This document shows positions 1-8,258 of a DNA stretch of 64,000 nt, one piece after another; positions within the stretch are counted from its first letter, which is position 1, and each line of letters starts with the position of its first letter. The position numbers and the translations under genes are program-made. Source of the DNA: an uncultured Acidobacteriota bacterium (GTDB lineage Bacteria; Acidobacteriota; Thermoanaerobaculia; UBA5066); assembly GCA_963776915.1 (NCBI GenBank), contig CAVZPE010000008.1, forward strand, positions 321,780-385,779, in the 5' to 3' direction. A model generated the notes under the pieces. The model did no database searches. It was not told the origin of the DNA and saw only the letters and a list, made by a program, of their open reading frames with translations.

Positions 1-162
1 CCGGCCCGCCTTCTCGAGCCGCAGCTTGACGACGACCTTCGCGGGAACCTTCTCCTCGACCTTCGAAGAGCATTTGCAATCGTCCGCCGGCCAGCCGCAC
101 GTCGCGCAGACGCGGCCTCCCGCCGTGGAGTAGACGAGCCGGACGGGGTCGCGCCGGTTCAC
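1..162 (-). CDS. SUI1/YciH-like translation initiation factor, N-terminal part (runs off the window edge)
   Basis: Minus-strand translation from GTG at 162 gives VNRRDPVRLVYSTAGGRVCATCGWPADDCKCSSKVEEKVPAKVVVKLRLEKAGR. This matches the LVYST plus CxxC..CxC N-terminus and the start of the SUI1 fold seen in YciH-type proteins. It is truncated, so it is absent from the ORF track. Confidence 0.55.
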   Translation of the reverse strand, partial: MNRRDPVRLVYSTAGGRVCATCGWPADDCKCSSKVEEKVPAKVVVKLRLEKAGR

Positions 163-184
163 GCCGGGATTATGCTCGGCGCCC

Positions 185-616
185 ATGGCCGATCCGATCG
201 CGGCGCCGCCCCGCGTCTTCGTCCCCCCGGGCGCGATCGAGGTGCATGCGGTGCGCTCCTCGGGCCCCGGGGGCCAGAACGTCAACAAGGTCGCCTCGAA
301 GATCCTGCTCGAGGTGGATCTCTCGAAGGTGGAGGGGCTGGACGAGCTCGCGCGCCGGCGCCTCGCGACGCTCGCGGGCCGCCGCCTCGGCGCGGACGGC
401 ATCCTGCGCGTGACGGCGCAGCGGAGCCGCGACCGCTTCCGCAACCTCGAGGAGGCCCGCGGGCGAGTCCGGGACCTCCTCGGGAAGGCCCAGCTCGCGC
501 CGAAGGCCCGCCGTGCCACGCGGCCGTCCCGCGCCGCGAAGGAGAAACGCCTGAGGGCCAAGCGCGTCGCGGCGACGCTGAAGGCGCGGCGCGGCGCGGT
601 CCGCGACGAAGACTGA
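185..616 (+). CDS. arfB: alternative ribosome-rescue factor ArfB (peptidyl-tRNA hydrolase, RF-1 domain)
   Basis: 143 aa with the GGQ motif in context SGPGGQNVNKV, followed by a long basic C-terminal tail (KEKRLRAKRVAATLKARR), as in ArfB/YaeJ. Confidence 0.9.
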   Translation: MADPIAAPPRVFVPPGAIEVHAVRSSGPGGQNVNKVASKILLEVDLSKVEGLDELARRRLATLAGRRLGADGILRVTAQRSRDRFRNLEEARGRVRDLLGKAQLAPKARRATRPSRAAKEKRLRAKRVAATLKARRGAVRDED

Positions 617-621
617 CGCGG

Positions 622-1017
622 TCAGGCCCAGGCGCCGGAGGCGGGCTTCTTGATCGGCGCGGGCCGGCGGTCGTCGCCGACGTTGACGTAGGTGACCTCG
701 GCTTCCGTCACCTTGACGACGTTGCCCGGCTCCTTCCAGCGCTCCGCGGTGACGGTCACCTTCACCTTGATCGACGTCGTCCCGATGTGCACGACCTTCG
801 CGTAGAAGCTCACGACGTCGCCGACGTACACGGGCTCGTGGAAGACGACCTCGTCCATCTTGACGGTGACGACGAGGTTGCAGAACGGGCGCGTCGCGAT
901 GGCGCCGGCCTGGTCGATGTACGCGAGGAGGATCCCTCCGAAGATCGTCCCGTGCCCGTTCGTGTCGCGCGGGAGCATCGAGACGCGGATCGCCGGCTCG
1001 TGGGCGTTCGTGTCCAT
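622..1017 (-). CDS. acyl-CoA thioesterase, hotdog fold (YciA/4HBT-like)
   Basis: Starts at the internal ATG at 1017 of track ORF 622..1347. The sequence MDTNAHEPAIRVSMLPRDTNGHGTIFGGILLAYIDQAGAIA...VSFYAKVVHIGTTSIKVKV is typical of the hotdog thioesterase core. The upstream part of the track ORF is Arg/Ser-rich antisense of the next gene. Confidence 0.85.
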   Translation of the reverse strand: MDTNAHEPAIRVSMLPRDTNGHGTIFGGILLAYIDQAGAIATRPFCNLVVTVKMDEVVFHEPVYVGDVVSFYAKVVHIGTTSIKVKVTVTAERWKEPGNVVKVTEAEVTYVNVGDDRRPAPIKKPASGAWA

Positions 1018-1051
1018 GCCGCGACGATACCCCGGCGCTAAGATCGCGCGC

Positions 1052-3235
1052 ATGTCGGCCACGAAATCGGATCTCTTCCTGGGCCGGGCCGTCGACCCCG
1101 GGACGGGGAAGACGGGCGCGGACGCATTCCGCCTCGACCCGTCCGACCTGACGACGCACGGCCTGATCGTGGGCATGACGGGCAGCGGCAAGACCGCGCT
1201 GGGCATCGTCCTCATCGAGGAGCTCCTCCAGCGCGGGATCCCGGTCCTCGCCGTGGACCCCAAGGGCGACCTCGGCAACCTGCTCCTCGACTTCCCGACC
1301 CTTTCACCGGACGAGTTCGCGCCGTTCGTCGACCCCTCCGCCGGCACGCCGGAGTCCGAGGCGAAGAGGTGGAGCGAAGGCCTGGCCGGCTGGGGCCTCG
1401 GCCCGGCCGACGTGAAGGCTCTGCTCGCGAGCCGCGACGCCGTCGTCTACACGCCCGGCTCCACGGCCGGCGTCCCGCTGGACCTGTTCGGCGCGTGCGC
1501 CGCGCCCGCCGAGGGCGCGGACGAGGAGGACGGCCGCGACCTCGTGAGCTCCTGGGTCGGCGGACTCCTCGGCCTCGCGGGACGCGACGCCGATCCCGTG
1601 AAGTCGCGCGACTTCGTCTTCCTCGCCGCCTGCGTGGACGCGCTCTGGTCGGACGGGAAGACGGCCACGCTCGAGGCGCTCCTCGAGACCGCGTCGGCCC
1701 CTCCGTTCGCGAAGGTCGGCGCGCTCTCCCTCGACACGTTCTTTCCCGCGAAGGACCGCCAGGGTCTCGTCCTGGCGCTGAACGGCCTGCTCGCGTCGCC
1801 TGCGACGGCCGCGTTCCGGCAGGGCGACGCGGTCGACGTCGGCCGCATGCTCGCGCCCGCGAGGGACGGCAGGGCGCGGCTCTCGATCGTCTCGATCGCG
1901 CACCTCGGCGACGCCGAGCGCCTGTTCGTCGTCGCGACGCTCCTCGCGCGCGTCAAGGCGTGGATGCGGACGCTCCCCGGCAGCCCCGCGCTGCGCGCTC
2001 TCGTCTACGTCGACGAGATCTTCGGCTTCTTCCCGCCCTCGGCCGAGCCGCCGACGAAGAAGCCGCTCCTGACGCTCCTCAAGCAGGCGCGCGCGTTCGG
2101 CGTCGGCGTCGTTCTCGCGTCGCAGAACCCCGTCGACCTCGACTACCGGGGCCTCGCGAACTGCGGCTGCTGGTGGGTCGGCACGCTGCAGACCGAGCGC
2201 GACCGCAATCGTCTCGGCGAGGGGCTCGTCGAGGCCGGGGGGAAGGACGCGTCCGCGCTCCTCGACAAGACGAGGAAGCGCGTCTTCCTCCTGCACGACG
2301 TCCACCGCAAGGAGCCGGCCCTCGTCGAGACGCGGTGGGCGATGAGCTACCTGCGCGGCCCGATGACGAAGTCCGACCTCGCGCGGCTGCGCGGCTCCGC
2401 GCCGCAGGGGGCGAAGAAAGCGGACGCGGCGTCCGCGCCCGCGGGCTCCGCTCCGCCGCCGCTCCCGCCCGAGTGGCCGTCGCGCTGGGTCGAGAAGCGC
2501 GGCGCAGACCTGGCGTCGGCGGCGCTCTACGTGAGGTACGCCGTGCGCTACAAGACCGCGAAGGGCACGTCGCCCGAGGCGCAGGGCGTCAAGCTCTTTC
2601 CGCTGTCGGCCGCCACGGCCGCCGACGTCCTCGAGGGCGACGCGACCGACGTGAAGCCGGAGAGCCTGCTCGAGAAGGCGCCGCGCGCGCTGCGCTACCC
2701 GGACCTGCCCTCGTGGGTGGGCCCGGCGGGCGTGAAGGCGGCGGAGAAGGCCGTGCGCTCGCGCCTCCCGGACAAGCTCGCGACGACGCTCCTGCGCGAC
2801 CCGGTCACGGGAGCGCTCTCGCTTCCCGGCGAGTCGGCCGCCGACTTCGCGGCGCGCGCCGCGGCGGGGTCCGAGCCGCCGGCCGCTCTGCGCGAGAGGC
2901 TCGAGAAGAAGAAGCGCGACCTCGCCGCGGCCGAGAGCGTCGAGCAGGGAAGAGCGATGGAGACGTACGCCTCGATCGGCACGGCCGCCCTCGACGTCCT
3001 CGGCGGGTTCCTCGGGAAGAGAAAGACGATCCGCGTGAGCAAGGTCGGGTCCGTCCTGACGAAGAAGCGCATGGAGGGCACCGCCGAGGCGAGGGTCGAG
3101 GGCCTCAAGGCCGAGATCGCCGAGCTCGAGGCCAAGCTCGCGCCGCCGGACGCGACCCGGTTCGAGAAGGTCGAGGTCGTCCCGAGCGCGTCGAGCGTCG
3201 ACGTCCTCTCGATCGGCGTGGCCTGGGTCTGCTGA
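1052..3235 (+). CDS. HerA/FtsK-like P-loop ATPase (DUF87/COG0433 type) with a long coiled-coil C-terminal region
   Basis: Start ATG at 1052 (MSATKSDLFLGR...). Walker A is GMTGSGKTALG, followed by VDPKGDLGNL. Walker B-like is ALVYVDEIFGFFP, then ARAFGVGVVLASQNPVDLDY. The C-terminus carries LEKKKRDLAAAE...EGLKAEIAELEAKL. Confidence 0.8.
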   Translation: MSATKSDLFLGRAVDPGTGKTGADAFRLDPSDLTTHGLIVGMTGSGKTALGIVLIEELLQRGIPVLAVDPKGDLGNLLLDFPTLSPDEFAPFVDPSAGTPESEAKRWSEGLAGWGLGPADVKALLASRDAVVYTPGSTAGVPLDLFGACAAPAEGADEEDGRDLVSSWVGGLLGLAGRDADPVKSRDFVFLAACVDALWSDGKTATLEALLETASAPPFAKVGALSLDTFFPAKDRQGLVLALNGLLASPATAAFRQGDAVDVGRMLAPARDGRARLSIVSIAHLGDAERLFVVATLLARVKAWMRTLPGSPALRALVYVDEIFGFFPPSAEPPTKKPLLTLLKQARAFGVGVVLASQNPVDLDYRGLANCGCWWVGTLQTERDRNRLGEGLVEAGGKDASALLDKTRKRVFLLHDVHRKEPALVETRWAMSYLRGPMTKSDLARLRGSAPQGAKKADAASAPAGSAPPPLPPEWPSRWVEKRGADLASAALYVRYAVRYKTAKGTSPEAQGVKLFPLSAATAADVLEGDATDVKPESLLEKAPRALRYPDLPSWVGPAGVKAAEKAVRSRLPDKLATTLLRDPVTGALSLPGESAADFAARAAAGSEPPAALRERLEKKKRDLAAAESVEQGRAMETYASIGTAALDVLGGFLGKRKTIRVSKVGSVLTKKRMEGTAEARVEGLKAEIAELEAKLAPPDATRFEKVEVVPSASSVDVLSIGVAWVC

Positions 3236-3399
3236 AGAGAAGAAGAGAGAAAGAGGAAGATTTTCTTAGAAGGTGAAGAGGGGCTGGGCAAGCGCGGGCG
3301 CCGCACGGTGCGGCGCCGCGGCCGCCCGCCGCCTCATTCACCTTCTAAGAAATCTTCTCTTCTCTTCTCCTTCGGTCTCTCTTTCTCTACAATCTCCCC
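3236..3399. repeat. AT/purine-rich long imperfect palindrome, copy 1 (left arm 3236-3283, GC-rich loop 3284-3331, right arm 3332-3399)
   Basis: The left arm ...GAAGATTTTCTTAGAAGGTGAAGAGGGG pairs with the right arm CCTCATTCACCTTCTAAGAAATCTTC (about 24 of 27 bp). The pairing extends into a 26-nt pure purine run and matching pyrimidine runs. The loop holds its own perfect hairpin, GGCGCCGCA-CGG-TGCGGCGCC. The element lies exactly between the HerA-like stop codon and the next start codon. Confidence 0.75.
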
Positions 3400-3783
3400 A
3401 TGCCGAAGATTCCTCCCCGCGAGTCCGTTCGCGAGCACCCGCTCTACCGCGCCGCGATGGCGGCGCAGCACGCCGCCTACCAGCTCATGCGGGACGTGCC
3501 CGCGTCCGCGAAGGCGGACGCGACGCGCCTCGTCGGCGCGCTCGTCCACGCGGGGACGTGGGCGACGGCGATCGTGGACTCCGACGTCGCCGAGAAGGAC
3601 AGGGCCGCAGCGCGCGCGGCGCTCGCGGAGTCGACCGCGCAGGCGCAGGAGATGCTCGCGCCGCTCGCGCCGTTTGCGAACGACGCGGGGATCGTGGACA
3701 CGCTGGAGAAAGAGATAGGAAAGATAGAAGAGCTTAGAAAGGTTCAGAGCGAGGCGGAGCAACGGACCGAACCGGCCGCATGA
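3400..3783 (+). CDS. hypothetical helical protein (possibly four-helix-bundle-like); the C-terminal ~25 aa are encoded by palindrome copy 2
   Basis: 127-aa ORF with strong G/C third-position bias through about nt 3700. From there the tail switches to A/T-ending codons (aaa ata gga ata gaa ctt aga gtt) where the repeat arm begins. There is no SD; TACAAT lies 6 nt upstream of the ATG. Confidence 0.55.
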   Translation: MPKIPPRESVREHPLYRAAMAAQHAAYQLMRDVPASAKADATRLVGALVHAGTWATAIVDSDVAEKDRAAARAALAESTAQAQEMLAPLAPFANDAGIVDTLEKEIGKIEELRKVQSEAEQRTEPAA

Positions 3784-3827
3784 ATTCCCGCGGCCCTCTT
3801 CACCTTCCAAGAAAAAGCGCCTTTCCC
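3705..3827. repeat. AT/purine-rich imperfect palindrome, copy 2 (left arm 3705-3754 inside the ORF tail, right arm 3794-3827 after the stop)
   Basis: The left arm is GGAGAAAGAGATAGGAAAGATAGAAGAGCTTAGAAAGGTTCAGAGCGAGG. The right arm is CCCTCTTCACCTTCCAAGAAAAAGCGCC, whose reverse complement is ..TTTTTCTTGGAAGGTGAAGAGGG. It has the same core as copy 1. CCAAGAAA (3806-3813) can also pair with TTTCTTGG (3873-3880). Confidence 0.65.
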
Positions 3828-3862
3828 GTCTGTGCCGAAGGCAGGTCGACGCGCGAGGGAGC

Positions 3863-4207
3863 CTATTCTTCTTTCTTGGTCCCCAGCACCACGAGGACGA
3901 TCAGGAGCAGGAGGACGATGAGGCCGATGACGATCGTCGTCGTGCGCGACGAGCCGGCGGGCGGCTCGGGCGCGGGCGCCTCGGCCTTCGCGGGAGCGGC
4001 GGCGGTCGTGGCCGGCGCGGCGGATGCCGTCGTCGCGGGCGCGGGCGCGGCCGTGTCGGGTGCCGTGGCGGTCGTCGCGGGCGCGGCGGTGCCGGTCGCG
4101 GCGGCGGCGGCCGGCGCGGCGGGGCTCGCCGTCGACTGGGCGAAACCGGCGGACGCGGCGAGAAGGATCACGGCGAGGACGGCGGTGAGCGCGGAGCGAC
4201 GTTTCAT
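3863..4207 (-). CDS. secreted Ala/Pro/Thr-rich low-complexity protein with a C-terminal membrane anchor
   Basis: The N-terminal signal peptide is MKRRSALTAVLAVILLAASAGFAQS. About 60 aa of A/P/T repeats follow, then PEPPAGSSRTTT, the hydrophobic helix IVIGLIVLLLLIVLVVLG and KKEE. Confidence 0.55.
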   Translation of the reverse strand: MKRRSALTAVLAVILLAASAGFAQSTASPAAPAAAAATGTAAPATTATAPDTAAPAPATTASAAPATTAAAPAKAEAPAPEPPAGSSRTTTIVIGLIVLLLLIVLVVLGTKKEE

Positions 4208-4261
4208 GGTCCGGAAAACTATCGGTCGCGCCTCGACGCGTCAAGCGCATCGGGCGGGCGC

Positions 4262-5795
4262 ATGAACCGGGCCCGCGACCTCCTGCGCCTCGACGCGGCG
4301 GTCTTCCTCTCGGGCGCCGCCCTCATGGGCCTCGAGATCGTCGGCAGCCGCGTCCTGGCGCCCGTCTTCGGGACCTCCCTCTTCGTGTGGGGCGCGCTCA
4401 TCACGACGTTTCTCGCGGCCCTGGCGGCGGGCTATGCGCTCGGCGGCCGCCTCGCGGACCGCCGTCCCGACCCGTCGCTTCTGGCCGGCGTGCTCGTCGC
4501 CGCCGGCGCCCTCGTGATCGTCCTCTTCGCGGCGCCCGACTTCGTCCTCGCGGCGGCCAGCGCCGCGCCCGTGCCGGACCGCTTCCGGGCGCTCCTCGCG
4601 GCGGTCGTGCTGTTCGGCCCTCCGAGCGTCCTCATGGGCGCCGTGACGCCCTTCGCGGTGCGGCTCGCCGCGAAGGAGCTCGCGCTCGTCGGTTCGGCGG
4701 CGGGGCGGCTCTCGGCCGTCTCGACGACGGGCTCCATCCTCGGGGCGTTCTCGACGGCCTTCTTCCTGATTCCGACGTTCGCGACGCGCCCGATCCTCTT
4801 CGGGCTCGGCGCCTCGCTCCTCGCCGCGGCGCTCCTGATCCCCGCGCCGAAGGCGCTCCGGCGCCTCGCCTTCGTGGCCTTCGTGGGGACCGGCGCCGCG
4901 CTCGTGTTCCTCGTCGGGCCGGGCATCGCGAAGCCGGCCGCTCCGGCGGGGACGCTCGTCTTCGAGAAGGAGACGGCCTACCACCACATCCGCGTCGTGG
5001 ACCAGGGCCTGCGCCGCGCCCTCTACTTCGACAACCGGATGCAGGGCTACGCCCCCGTGAGGGAGGGGGTCTCGCTCGCGCTGAACTACACGGACGGCCT
5101 GGCGCTCTCCCTCGCGTTCGCGCCGCGCGCCCGGCGCGTCGTCGTGATCGGCCTCGGGGCGGGCATGTTCCCGACGCTCCTCTCCCGGCGCGCGCCCGAG
5201 GTCGAGACGACGTCCATCGAGATCGACCCGGAGGTCGTGGCCGTCGCGCGGAAGTACTTCGCCTTCGCCCCGGACGCGAACGACCGCGTCCTCGTGGGCG
5301 ACGGACGGCGCGAGCTCGGCCGCCAGGTGGACGGCGCGGACGTCATCATCGTGGACGCCTACTTCTCCGACAGCCTGCCGTTCCACCTCGTCACGAAGGA
5401 GTTCGACGAGCTCTGCGCGGAGAAGCTGGGACCCGACGGCGTCGTCGCCGTGAACTTCGGGGGCGAGCTGACGGGCAACCGGAACCAGCTCTTCTGGGCG
5501 GCCCTGCGGACTCTCGGCGAGGTCTTCCCGCGCGTCTACGTCTTCTCGGCCGAGCTGAAGGCCGGCGACCGCGCCGTTCAAGTCGACCGCGATCGTGATC
5601 GCGACGCGCTCACCCGAGCGCCTCGACCCCGGGACGCTCGCCGACCGCGCCCGCGCCGTCGCCGCGCGCATGGGGCGGCCCCCGATCGAGGAATGGGCGG
5701 GCCGGCTCTACGAGGGCGAGCTCCGGATCGGGGACGTCCCGGTCCTGACGGACGCCTACAGCCCGACGGACGCGCTCCAGCACCTGGCGCGATGA
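4262..5795 (+). CDS. fused membrane / spermidine-synthase-like protein (one frameshift near 5575)
   Basis: The N-terminus is polytopic (LSGAALMGLEIVGSRVLAPVFGTSLFVWGALITTFLAALAAGY...). A class I methyltransferase/spermidine-synthase-like domain follows (VVVIGLGAGMFP...EIDPEVVAVARKYF...IIVDAY). The C-terminus continues in the frame of track ORF 5595..5795. Removing one C around 5574-5575 joins ...AGDRA to FKSTAIVIATRSPERLD. Confidence 0.8.
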
Positions 5796-6739
5796 GGAGG
5801 CTCGCCGCGGCCGCGTTCGCGCTCCTCGCGCCGGCCTGCGCGAAGCCCCCCGCGCCTCCTCTGGCGGCGCGCCTCGCGGCGCGGGCGGAGGCGTCCCCGT
5901 CCGTCGAGGCCGACGCGCGCGCCCTCGCGGCCCTCGGGGCGCGCGTGACGGGCAGCGCCGCGTGCGCGAAGGGCGAGGAGCTCGTCGCCGCACGCCTGAG
6001 GTCCGCCAATCTCGCGCCCGTCTTCGAGACGTATCCGCGGCCGGCCGGCGCCGCCTCCGACGCCCCCGCGCGCAACATCTTCGCGGACATCCCCGGGACG
6101 GACACGACGCGCGGCCTCGTCCTCCTCGCGGCGCACCTCGACGGCGTCGCCGTGGGGGAGGGCGCGGCCGACGACGCCGTCAACGTCGCGGTGCTTCTCG
6201 AGGCCGCGCGCACCCTCAGGGCCTTCGCTCCCGCTCCGCGCCGCACGATCCGCTTCGCGTTCTTCACGGGCGAGGAGCAGAAGATGGCGGGCTCGTCGGC
6301 CTACGTGGCGGCCCACGCGGAGGAGGAGCCTCACGCCCTCGCCGCGGTCTTCGACCTCGGGTCCGGGCGGACGAAGGGCTTCTACATGAACGGGCGCAAG
6401 CAGGAGATGCGCGCCCTCTTCCAGCGCGCCCTCGCGCCCGACGCGAGGTGGCGGGCGGTGTTCGGGTCGTACGGGATCTGGGCGGGCTGCGACGCCCTTC
6501 CGTTCGTGAAGGCCGGAATCCCGGCCCTGACCGCGTTCCAGGTCGACCCGGGCTACGCGGCCCTGCACCACACGGCCGCCGACACCGCCGACCGGCTGGA
6601 CTTCGCGGCGGCGCGGGAGACCGCGGCGCTCGCGGCGGCTCTCGCCTGGGGGGCGGCGGACGACCCCGCACCCGACCTGCCGCGGATGACGCCGGAGCAG
6701 GTCGCCGAGCTTCTGAAGAGGTGGGGCATCCCGCCCTAG
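5792..6739 (+). CDS. M28 family metallopeptidase (aminopeptidase), lipoprotein-type signal
   Basis: The ATG at 5792 overlaps the upstream stop (ATGA). The N-terminus is MRRLAAAAFALLAPAC. Metal-ligand context: LLAAHLDGV, GAADDAVNVAVLLEAAR, FFTGEEQKMAGS, ALHHTAADT. This gene forms the C-terminal part of the chimeric track ORF 4262..6739. Confidence 0.85.
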   Translation: MRRLAAAAFALLAPACAKPPAPPLAARLAARAEASPSVEADARALAALGARVTGSAACAKGEELVAARLRSANLAPVFETYPRPAGAASDAPARNIFADIPGTDTTRGLVLLAAHLDGVAVGEGAADDAVNVAVLLEAARTLRAFAPAPRRTIRFAFFTGEEQKMAGSSAYVAAHAEEEPHALAAVFDLGSGRTKGFYMNGRKQEMRALFQRALAPDARWRAVFGSYGIWAGCDALPFVKAGIPALTAFQVDPGYAALHHTAADTADRLDFAAARETAALAAALAWGAADDPAPDLPRMTPEQVAELLKRWGIPP

Positions 6740-6755
6740 GGTGACGAGGCGCCTT

Positions 6756-7121
6756 TCAGTGGGTCGTCTCGCCCGTCCGGCTCGACCGGAGAGCCACGAT
6801 CTCCGCTTTCAGGCTTTCCAGGTCCTCGAGGAGGCCCTGGAGGTCGCTCCGGGGGATCGAGTCGAGGGACGGCTCGGACGTGAGCAGGCGCTGGACCTCG
6901 TCCAGCTTGACCTCGGCCAGGGCCAGAGCCTCCCCGACGTCCTTCCCGGACATGTCGAGGTAGGCCTCTCCGACGAGCGAGGGCACCGAAACGGCCGCCT
7001 TCCGGAGTCGGATCCCGGCTTCCGTACCCTTGGCCCCCGCCGCCTCCACGGCCGCGTAGACCGTGTGGGCGAGGGTCATCCCCCTCTTCCAGAGCGGGAG
7101 GTTCTTGTAGTCGCCGCCCAT
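6756..7121 (-). CDS. four-helix-bundle protein (TIGR02436 / 23S rRNA intervening-sequence protein-like family)
   Basis: 121 aa. The N-terminal DYKNLPLWKRGMTLAHTVYAAV matches the Y-K-x-L-x-x-W-x-x-A/G signature of this family, and a helical repeat pattern runs to the end. Confidence 0.7.
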   Translation of the reverse strand: MGGDYKNLPLWKRGMTLAHTVYAAVEAAGAKGTEAGIRLRKAAVSVPSLVGEAYLDMSGKDVGEALALAEVKLDEVQRLLTSEPSLDSIPRSDLQGLLEDLESLKAEIVALRSSRTGETTH

Positions 7122-7294
7122 CCCCCCCTTATACGCCCGGGGGACCGGGGACGTTCCCCGGACTCTTTGCCGGCGCCGACCGAACCCGGGCCGACTGATG
7201 GGTTTGCTTCATATCGGGTCGATTTGGCCCGGTGCTAGGCTGCCTCGCCGACGGCTCCGCCGCAAAATGCGAGGCGCCGGGGAAGGAACCATTC

Positions 7295-8222
7295 ATGCGA
7301 CGCAAAGTGACCGTGATCGGGGCAGGAAACGTGGGCGCGACCGTCGCCCAGCGCATCGTCGAGCAGAACCTGGCCGACGTCGTCCTCGTGGACGTGATCG
7401 AGGGGGTCCCGCAGGGCAAGGGACTCGACATGTTCCAGTCGGGCGCCGTCGAGGGCTTCGACATGAAGATCGTCGGCACGAACGGCTACGACGAGACCGA
7501 GGGCTCCGACCTCGTGATCGTCACGGCCGGGCTCGCCCGCAAGCCGGGCATGTCGCGCGACGACCTCCTGAAGAAGAACGAGGAGATCGTGGGCCAGTGC
7601 ATCGCGAAGACGACGCGCGGCTCGCGCGACCTCAAGGTCATCGTCGTCACGAACCCGCTCGACGCGATGTGCGAGGTCGTCCGCCGCGTCACGAAGCTCC
7701 CGAAGCAGAACGTGATCGGCATGGCCGGCATCCTCGACAGCGCCCGCATGCGCGCGTTCATCTCGATGGAGCTCGGCGTCTCGATGTCGAACATCCACGC
7801 GACCGTCCTCGGCGGCCACGGCGACACGATGGTCCCGCTCCCGCGTTACTCCACCGTCGCGGGCGTCCCGATCACCGAGCTCATGTCCCCCGAGCGCGTC
7901 GCGGCGATCGTGAAGCGCACCGCGGGCGGCGGCGCCGAGATCGTGAACTTCCTCAAGACCGGCTCGGCCTACTACGCGCCGTCCTCGGCGGCCGTCGAGA
8001 TGGCCGAGGCCATCTTCAACGACCGCAAGAAGATCCTCCCGTGCGCCGCGTACCTCGAGGGCGAGTACGGGATCAAGGGCCTCTTCGTGGGCGTGCCCGG
8101 TCGTCCTCGGCGCCGGCGGCATCGAGAGGATCATCGAGCTCAAGCTGACCCCGGAGGAGTCCGCCGCCCTCAAGAAGTCGGCCGCCTCCGTCCAGGAGCT
8201 CGTCGGACTCCTGACCGTCTGA
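7295..8222 (+). CDS. mdh: malate dehydrogenase (LDH-like MDH), interrupted by a 1-nt insertion near 8098
   Basis: The ATG at 7295 follows [26 protein letters not shown] is the Rossmann motif; further matches are [10 protein letters not shown] and [10 protein letters not shown]. After GLFVGVP the frame breaks at cccGgtcgtc. Read one base on, it gives [40 protein letters not shown] and a stop at 8220-8222. Confidence 0.9.
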
Positions 8223-8258
8223 TCCCGCCACCCATCTGAGGGGAGGAGAATCGCTCGA

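Noticed and set aside
40-85. CTCTTCGAAGGTCGAGGAGAAGG in the YciH-like gene, which resembles the repeat core (TTCTTAGAAGGTGAAGAGG).
   Set aside because: Only about a 9-11-nt match (CTTCGAAGG) exists, with no flanking purine or pyrimidine tract and no partner arm. A rough composition-based estimate (assuming ~72% GC) gives about 0.3 chance occurrences of such a 9-mer in a window this size. I treat it as possibly related but unsupported.
3236-3827. The AT-rich repeats as a CRISPR array or as integron attC sites.
   Set aside because: There are no regularly spaced direct repeats or spacers and no cas genes. The repeats are inverted pairs with variable loops. attC-like R/L boxes (RYYYAAC ... GTTRRRY) are absent and no integrase gene is present.
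3863-4207. PEP-CTERM sorting signal in the A/P/T-rich protein.
   Set aside because: A PEP tripeptide is present. However, it lies 10 residues before the helix, the tail is KKEE rather than Arg-rich, and no exosortase gene is in the window. The evidence is insufficient to call it.
4262-6739. Track ORF of 825 aa, apparently fusing a spermidine-synthase-like protein to an M28 peptidase.
   Set aside because: A frameshift near 5575 sends the first gene into the frame of the second. The true first gene ends at 5795 (frame of ORF 5595..5795). The peptidase starts at 5792 with its own lipoprotein signal and an ATGA overlap.
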